The notes beneath the pieces were generated by a model. It made no database searches. It was not told where the DNA came from and saw only the letters and a program-made list of their open reading frames with translations. A stretch of DNA of 63,367 nt, the filler included, from Octopus bimaculoides (Eukaryota): assembly GCF_001194135.2 (NCBI RefSeq). It is 6 parts of 5 records of this genome, joined end to end, with 100 filler letters (N's around TTAATTAATTAA, not from the genome) between each part and the next. Parts side by side here need not be neighbours in the genome. Positions count along the whole stretch, not along the records: positions 31,901 to 59,573 come from NC_068983.1; positions 59,674 to 63,367 come from NC_068985.1; 4 more parts are not named here. One strand, written 5' to 3'. The translations under genes were made by a program, and so were the position numbers. Below are positions 55,766 to 63,367 of this stretch, one piece after another; positions within the stretch are counted from its first letter, which is position 1, and each line of letters starts with the position of its first letter.

Positions 55766-55779
55766 AATAATAATAATAT

Positions 55780-55880
55780 AAAAAAATACCCTAGCAATGA
55801 AAACCCTAGTTCGAAATTTCCCCAATGATGAAGGCTGGAGTGTATATCAGCCGAAACGTTGTGGCAACAACAAATAAGAT
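55780..55880 (+). mobile_element. Family H1 3' part with decayed hammerhead (stem I 5' strand and C3 deleted)
   Basis: AAAAATACCCTAGCAATGAAAACCCTAGTTCGAAATTTCCCCAA-TGATGA-AGGCTG(GAGTGTATAT)CAGCC-GAAACGTT-GTGGC. Confidence 0.8.
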
Positions 55881-55889
55881 GGCGCACTT

Positions 55890-56080
55890 CCAAGTATCAA
55901 CGCTCACCTGCCAACATGCCTTAAAACAATTGATACAACAAAGATCAGCATTGCTTGGAAATGCAAGAATTCTTCGCAGGGTCTTTGAAGTATGACCAGT
56001 AAACAGATTTAACCTTAGTCTCTTGGCTGTGGACAGCTGACACTTTCCATCATATCAATCAAAATAAGGTGTGAGTTTTC
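55890..56080 (+). mobile_element. 3' tip of a second RLE-type retrotransposon family
   Basis: QRSALLGNARILRRVFEV* matches the RLE terminal motif; short UTR then (CAT)n. Confidence 0.6.
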
Positions 56081-56101
56081 ATCATCATCATCATCATCAT
56101 T

Positions 56102-56171
<70 letters not shown>

Positions 56172-57157
56172 AGAATGCGGAAGTGGGTTAATATCATTAG
56201 AAGATTTCGTAGGGCTAGCTGGAGTAGATATAAGTCTCCTATGTAGATAACAGTGAAGAAAGTTTATTAAACGCTGCTAGGGTCACAGCAAGACATAAGG
56301 AAACTAAAAAAACCAAAATGAATTTTAAAACCATAAAAAAGAATAGAAATTATCTGAATGTCAGTAGAAGGCGTTGTATGGTAGATTCTCAAAGATAGTT
56401 GTTCCAAATTGTAGAAGAGAAACATGGTTGTTTGCAGAAAGGAAAGCTGAAAGTGGAGACAGAAAATGTCAGTAGCTGCCCAAGATCAAGAATTAAGGAC
56501 TAATTGGATAAAAACCAAGTAGATTCCCGATGTAGATTATAGAAATCAAAGAAGGAAGGCGTTATTCCTATAATAAGTGAATTTAGCATGCTTCCACAGA
56601 AAGAATACACGAAAAAACATGAGAATCTAGGGAGAGCAATCCACTGGTAGCAATGTAGGAAGCTAGGATTTGAAATGCTAATAAATGGTATGAACAAGAA
56701 CTTAGTAAAGTACTAGAGAGTAAGAAACAAAATATATTGTGGGACTTCAACATCCAGACTGACAGAGTAATGGAAGCTAGAGGTCCTGATTTGGTGGGAG
56801 TAGATAAATAGAATAGAATGTGACGGATAATTGACTTTACAGTCCCAAATGATGAACACATTAATATGAGAAGTAGAGAAAAATAGCAAAGTAACACGAC
56901 CTAGCTGTTGAATTAAAAAACTATGGAAAGTGCAGGTAAAATGTATCCCAATAGTTATAAGTGCATTGGGAACTATCCCTAAAGATCTAAGCAGATAGGG
57001 GTAAAAGGCATAGGGCCCAGTTTGGTACTGCTCCACAAAACAGTGTTACTAAGGACAGCTAGTATACGTAGGAGGGTTCTTGGCAGCTAAGCTTACTTGT
57101 TGTAGTCATGTGCAAGCATTGATTTCTTTTCCGACTGTCTAATCTGTTGAATGTATA
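56172..57157 (+). mobile_element. Heavily degraded third R4-like RLE family, 3' half
   Basis: VAAQDQELRTNWIK, KEYTKKHENLGRAIHW, ILWDFNIQTDRVMEARGPDL, IIDFTVPND, IPIVISALGTIPK; (GAT)n(AAT)n tail to about 57250. Confidence 0.82.
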
Positions 57158-57183
57158 TGATGATGATGATGATGATGATGATG

Positions 57184-57232
<49 letters not shown>

Positions 57233-57564
57233 TAATAATAATAATAATAATCAATAAAATATATAAAAATCCACAGTTTGGATTCCCACTGCACTTCAGT
57301 ATTAAAGCATTTCCCAGATAAACTTATATTCAGCTAAAAATAAGAAAATAATACATTATATATATGTGTGTGTGCGTGCGTGTGAATATATATATGTGCA
57401 TATGTATATATGTGTATATGTATATATATGTACATACACATATACATATATATGCAAAATATTTTTCATTAGATATTAACCGATGGCACTTTAAGAGATA
57501 AATGTTAAACCTGTTAGATAATCCATTATCTAGAAGCACTGAGTACATGTGGCTTGCATATATC

Positions 57565-57627
<63 letters not shown>

Positions 57628-57989
57628 GTATGTGCGTGTGTGTTATAGTTCGTGACTTCCTATTACATATTATGCAAGCTATTTTTTTTATTTGAAATAA
57701 TCATAAAACGAGAAAAAGAAACCTATATCAATAAAAAATGTTAAAGCTTAAAATGGAAAAAATGGCTTACCTTGCCGATAAAACCTTTGAATTGCGCAAT
57801 TCAATATTAACGCGTGATAGATATATAGATCTAACTTATTAATTATACACTGATCGGTATTAATTTTTTCTATAGCTTTGATTAAATCAAACAATTACAG
57901 AACAATACAAAAACGGAAAAGAGCTCAATTTAATAGCATAAGAGTATTTTGAACATTTCACATACTGCGTTTCAACATTTATGAAACAT

Positions 57990-58432
57990 TTATTGTTTGG
58001 TGGACATTGATTCACAACAACTAGACGATGTTACGTAATCCAGAATTACTAATACAGCACTTCGTCGCTTACAACGACGAGGGTTCCAGTTGATCGGATC
58101 AACGGAACAACCTGCTCGTGAAATTAATGTGCAAGTAGCTGAGCACTCCACAGACACGTGTACCCTTAACGTAGTTCTCGGAGAGATTGAGCATGACACA
58201 CAGTGTGACAAGGGTGGCCCTTTGAAATGCAGGTACAACAGAAAAAGGAAGAAAGTGTGAGAGATAGTTGTGGTGAAAGAGTACAGCGGGATTCGCCACT
58301 ACCCCTTGCCAGAGCCTCGTGGAGTTGTAGGTATTTTCGTTCAATAAAAAAACTCATAACGCCCGGTTTGGGAATCGAATCGGCGATCCTACGACCGCCA
58401 GTTCGCTGCCCTAACCACTGGCCTATTGCGCC
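57990..58432 (-). mobile_element. SINE family C: family B head with a different body and tail
   Basis: Head GAGGCGCAATAGGCCAGTGGTTAGGGCAGCGAACTGGCGGTCGTAGGATCGCCGATTCGATTCCC matches 39125-39198; remainder unrelated. Confidence 0.75.
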
Positions 58433-59673
58433 TCAAAATACACTCATGAGATGATAAATAACTCATCTAATAATCGAAGAAGTACTAAAATTATGTGATA
58501 TATTGTGTTGAAAGCAAACGTTAGCATCGTAATTCTTTATGATAATTAAGGTAAAATCAACATCGTATAAAGAATGAAAAATTTAAAGCAGTTGCTCATA
58601 TATATTCGAAGGAAAACATGATTTCGTAAGCACACGTTTCAAATATCTGTATGCTATCTTATCCAATCGATTGTTGTTGTAAATTCGTTGTTTTTCAGAT
58701 GCTATTTATATAATAGTAAGCTGATCCGAAAGACACCTATTTAAAATTTAGATAGACATCGGATTAACTAAAAGTCATAGACATCAGATTAACTAAACGT
58801 CCTCCACACCTATGCATAATATACCGTTTTTCTCCATTCCTGCTATTCTTTACAGCTTTAAAATACCAGATTATTCCGTTGTATGAAAATATTTTATTAC
58901 TCCGTTGTATGTCAATGAAATGCGGTGTCGTTTTGGACATGTAGGCAAAATTGAATTTTTGAATATGTTACATTTTCCTTTCTCATAAACCAAACCTGGT
59001 ACAGATATCTTTGCTTTCATTTACTTTCTATCATACCGATACAATGTATGCACAACTGCATTTAGATTAACCTTCCTTCGGTTGAAAACTACCTCGGTTG
59101 CCTACTGTGTGGTTGTATGAATTCACTAAAAGTTCATATATGTTAATTTCTTCAAGGGCTTGCGCGCTTCAATTGTCTCAACTGGAGAAAGTTGTTTCGT
59201 ACGCTGTTTCTATCTCAAACTCAGTTTTAAGCCATTATTCCTTATTAACTTGCGGTAAAGTTCATTATTGGGGAAATCCATATTTCTTAAGGCTAGGATA
59301 TCTTTTATCAAATTAGATTTAACAATAATGCACGAGTAGATGCCAAGCAATTAATACTAACTGGTAATTACTGGGTACTGGATGCCAGAGGGTAGAATGA
59401 GATGGACGTAGTGCATTGTGCCTTGCTTCAATATAGCTTTTAGTTGCTTCATCATTTCATGGATCACCATACCACACGCGGTGTGTCTCTTCGTGTTTTA
59501 TTTATATTTTCCTTTTCGTTTAATTTTACCATATTATTAAGTTTAAATAAGCATATTCATATATATATATATANNNNNNNNNNNNNNNNNNNNNNNNNNN
59601 NNNNNNNNNNNNNNNNNTTAATTAATTAANNNNNNNNNNNNNNNNNNNNNNNNNNNNNNNNNNNNNNNNNNNN

Positions 59674-59705
<32 letters not shown>

Positions 59706-59821
59706 CATATAATGATATCTACCAAATGTATTGGTAAGATAAAATATGTAATCGTTACCAAAATAGCAAAAATCAGTCCACAAAGGTCTATAGTAAACTC
59801 CTTATGAATCGATCTCCTTGG

Positions 59822-60481
59822 TTATATATCAAAATTTAAATAAGAGCTTTGACGCTAAAATCCATATACATTAAAGTTTATTACCTATGTAAACATTTCT
59901 GTATAAGGTCATATTCAACTCTTAATTCAAGTTAAATAAGTAAATTTCCTTACACATCCTCAGGGTATAAAGTAAACACCAAAAAAAAAAAAAAAAATTT
60001 TAATCTCTAAGGTTGATCCATATTCAAAATTCCTCCTCAAATAAAATTCCGTCTAATAGTAGGTTTAAAAGACAGGATATATTAACGGTTTGATTTATTA
60101 CTAATAATCGAATTGTATATTTGTATTTATTTACTAAAGTTTCTAGAGATAATATAATATAGATTTCCATTAGTTTAGAATTTATTACCAGTGATCAATA
60201 ATTTGTATTACTTGATTGTTTATAATTAATAATATTATTAGGGTTTTCTCCATTAGACGGAATTTTATTTGAGGAGGAATTTTTAATATGGATCAGCCTT
60301 AGAGATTATAAATTTTTTTTTAGTGTTTACTTTTTACCCTGAGGATGTGTAAGGTAATTTACTTATTTAACTTGAATTAAGAGTTGAATGTGACCTTATG
60401 CAGAAATGTTTACATAGGTAATAAACTTTAATATATATGGATTTTAGCGTCAAAGCTCTTATTTAAATTTTTGATATATAA
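59822..60481. mobile_element. Fold-back/MITE-like element with about 230-bp inverted arms
   Basis: 59822-60057 is the reverse complement of 60252-60481 with few substitutions; 194-bp AT-rich spacer. Confidence 0.85.
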
Positions 60482-60487
60482 ATATGT

Positions 60488-61468
60488 ATCATCATCGTTT
60501 AACGTCCGCTTTCCATGCTAGCATGGGTTGGACGATTTGACTGAGGACTGGTGAAACCGGATGGCAACACCAGGCTCCAGTCTGATTTGGCAGAGTTTCT
60601 ACAGCTGGATGCCCTTCCTAACGCCAACCACTCAGAGAGTGTAGTGGGTGCTTTTACGTGTCNNNNNNNNNNNNNNNNNNNNNNNNNNNNNNNNNNNNNN
60701 NNNNNNNNNNNNNNNNNNNNNNNNNNNNNNNNNNNNNNNNNNNNNNNNNNNNNNNNNNNNNNNNNNNNNNNNNNNNNNNNNNNNNNNNNNNNNNNNNNNN
60801 NNNNNNNNNNNNNNNNNNNNNNNNNNNNNNNNNNNNNNNNNNNNNNNNNNNNNNNNNNNNNNNNNNNNNNNNNNNNNNNNNNNNNNNNNNNNNNNNNNNN
60901 NNNNNNNNNNNNNNNNNNNNNNNNNNNNNNNNNNNNNNNNNNNNNNNNNNNNNNNNNNNNNNNNNNNNNNNNNNNNNNNNNNNNNNNNNNNNNNNNNNNN
61001 NNNNNNNNNNNNNNNNNNNNNNNNNNNNNNNNNNNNNNNNNNNNNNNNNNNNNNNNNNNNNNNNNNNNNNNNNNNNNNNNNNNNNNNNNNNNNNNNNNNN
61101 NNNNNNNNNNNNNTGCCACCCGCACAAGAACCAGTCCAGGGGCACTGGCAACGATCTTACTTGGCTTGCCGGGTCTTCTCACGCACAGCCCATTTCCAAA
61201 GGTCTCGGTCCGTAGTCATCGCCTCGGTGAGGCCCAATGTACGAAGGTCTTGCCTCACCACCTCAGCCCAGGTCTTCCTGGGCCTACCTCTTCCACGGGT
61301 TCCCTCAACTGTTAGGGTGTGGCACTTTTTCACGCAGCTATCCTCCTCCATTCTCACCACATGTCCATACCAGCGCAATCGTCTCTCTTGCACGCCACAA
61401 CTGATGCTTCTAATGTTCAGCTTTTCTCTCAAGATACTTACACTCTGACGGGTATTCACATCCAACGG
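60488..61468 (-). mobile_element. 5'-truncated RTE-clade LINE with long 3' UTR and (GAT)n tail
   Basis: ORF 61157-61465: RRLRWYGHVVRM..GTRGRGRPRKTW..DRDLWK; ends ..CATGGAAAGCGGACGTTAAACGATGATGAT. Confidence 0.88.
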
Positions 61469-61514
61469 ATATAAATATATATATAAAATATATATATGTA
61501 TATATTTATTTATT

Positions 61515-63344
61515 TATGGGTTTCAGCCAAGTGGCATCCTTGGTACCATGCAGTGGCGACCTGTGCAGGCATTCTTGTAGTACTTGATGCCAAAGTTTGG
61601 CACCAGTCCTTCCAGTATTTTCCATATGTATACTATTACATATCTCTCCCGCCTGTGCTCCAGCGAGTAGAGACCTAGTGCCTTCAGTCACTCCCTGTAG
61701 TTCATCCGTTGGACTGTGGCGGTCTTTTTTGTATAGTGACGCTGAATTGCCTTGAGTTCTGCTGTCCGCTTGACACTGTGTGGTGACCACAACTGAGAGC
61801 AATAGTCTAGGCGGCTCAGAACAAATGTCTTCCATAGAGTCAACATGACTTTTTGATCGCTTGTTCGGAATGTCCTCAGTATCCACCCTGCCAGTTGTCT
61901 GCACTTTGCTGTCAACTTGACAATGTGCATGTGAAATGATGCATCACTACACATGTTGATGCCCAGGTCTCTTACTGTTTGTGGTTCTGGGATTGCATTA
62001 ACTCCAGGTCCTGTGTATGCCAATTGGGAGGCACCTGTGGCCTTGGAGCGCAGTACTTGAAATTTTTTTGCATTGAACTGCATATTATTTTGCTCTGCCC
62101 ACTTGTATATTGCATTTAGGTCATTCTGCAAGCTTATAATATCATCAGGATTCTTTATTGCCTGAGATAGTTTTGTGTCATCAGCGTAGCTAGTGACAGT
62201 GGCTCTCCGAGTGACCGTGGGCATGTCCAGAAGGGCCACTATGAACTGTAGTGGCCCCAGGACAGTTCCTTGTGGAACACCGCTCAATATTTGCATTTCC
62301 CTAGATAGTTCTCCATTGGTTGCAACTATCTGACTTCTAACATTCAGGAAGTCATGCAGCCATTCTCCTAATTTACCAGCTATGCCAAGGTTTTGCAGCT
62401 TGTGAAATATCATGCCGTGATCAAATTTGTCAAAGGCTTTTGCAAAGTCGAGATATATCACATCAACATTTGAATGGTCAAGTAGCTGCTTCAGGATCCA
62501 GTCATAATGCTGCAAGAGCTGCATGAGGCAGCTTCTACCTGGATGGAAACCATGCTGGATCTCATTCAGCAAGTCATTTTCTTCTAGGAATGCAATCAAT
62601 CTCCTTCTGACAATTCGTTTCATGACTTTGCTAATATGTGAAGTCAGAGAGATGGGCCTGTAGTTCCCAGCCTCTGCTCTGCTTCCACCTTTATGGATAG
62701 GACATATGGAGCTTTCCTTCAGCTTTTTTGGAAGTTTACCACTTGCAAGGAAACTCTGGAAGAGTATCCATAGTGGTCCCGCTAATTCTTGTTTACACGA
62801 CTTTCTGCTAAGTGATATTGTCAAAGAAATCAGCTGGGTTCTTTATCTGCATGTGACTCAGAAGAGAAGTGAAAACACTCTTGAATTGTGCACTGAGCAC
62901 TTCACTTATCCATGTGTGGTCCGCAGTCAGTGAGCCATTAGGCAGGAATAGGGGTCCTATTTTATACTGTGCCGTAGCAGTCTCTTTTGCAAATCTATAC
63001 AAAGCCTTGGGGTTTGTTTTTATGCTTTTTACTGCTCTCTCCTTTTCATGAGAGAGTTTGATCTTGTTTTCTATTTCTAACAGTGTTAGTTTTAATGTAG
63101 CCCTTTTCGTATCCTCCAGTTCTCTATTTAACTGGTTTGAGACCTTTGTTCTTTGTCTCATAACGATTTTCCTGTTTCTAGGAATTCTATTGGCATGTTT
63201 TCTGGTCTTTCTTTTTGGCATGTATTTGGCGCATATGTCTTGTATGGTTGACATAAAATGACTTAGTTTGAGGTCATTGTCTTGTATAGAAAGGCTGTCA
63301 TGCCAGTTTTGATTTCGAATCTCTTTGCGAATTGACTTCCAGTC
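61515..63344 (-). mobile_element. CR1-clade LINE ORF2 with reverse transcriptase; truncated and internally deleted
   Basis: NYRPISLTSHISKVM, QHGF, YLDFAKAFDK, GVPQGTVLGP, SYADDTKL; frameshift near 62815. Confidence 0.95.
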
Positions 63345-63367
63345 AAATATATATATGTATATATATA

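Noticed and set aside
60252-60300. ATTTGAGGAGGA suggesting mitochondrial WGG (NUMT)
   Set aside because: Neighbouring residues match no mitochondrial protein I recognise; the segment is one arm of an inverted repeat

Overview
AT-rich, microsatellite-saturated, gap-riddled eukaryotic DNA with no supportable host protein-coding gene; almost every long ORF in the track is a translated microsatellite or N-run. The repeat spectrum most resembles a coleoid cephalopod (Octopus-like), which is inference from recall, not a database hit. The window is a transposon graveyard: about 12 copies of a tRNA/CORE-like SINE with an internal microsatellite, three other SINE families, decayed non-LTR retrotransposons (R4/Dong-like RLE, CR1, RTE, probable L1/Tx1), Tc1/mariner relics and MITEs, Helentron-like repeats and a 660-bp fold-back element. 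Five 100-bp N44-TTAATTAATTAA-N44 blocks are artificial scaffold joins. The most interesting signal is three unrelated families of small repeats carrying minimal type I hammerhead-ribozyme motifs of the Penelope-associated kind. One family has a tRNA-like Pol III head, an (AAT)n spacer and a hammerhead, and occurs twice as inverted pairs; in one pair an R4/Dong element appears to have inserted into the (AAT)n tract. Ribozyme activity and novelty cannot be established from sequence alone.
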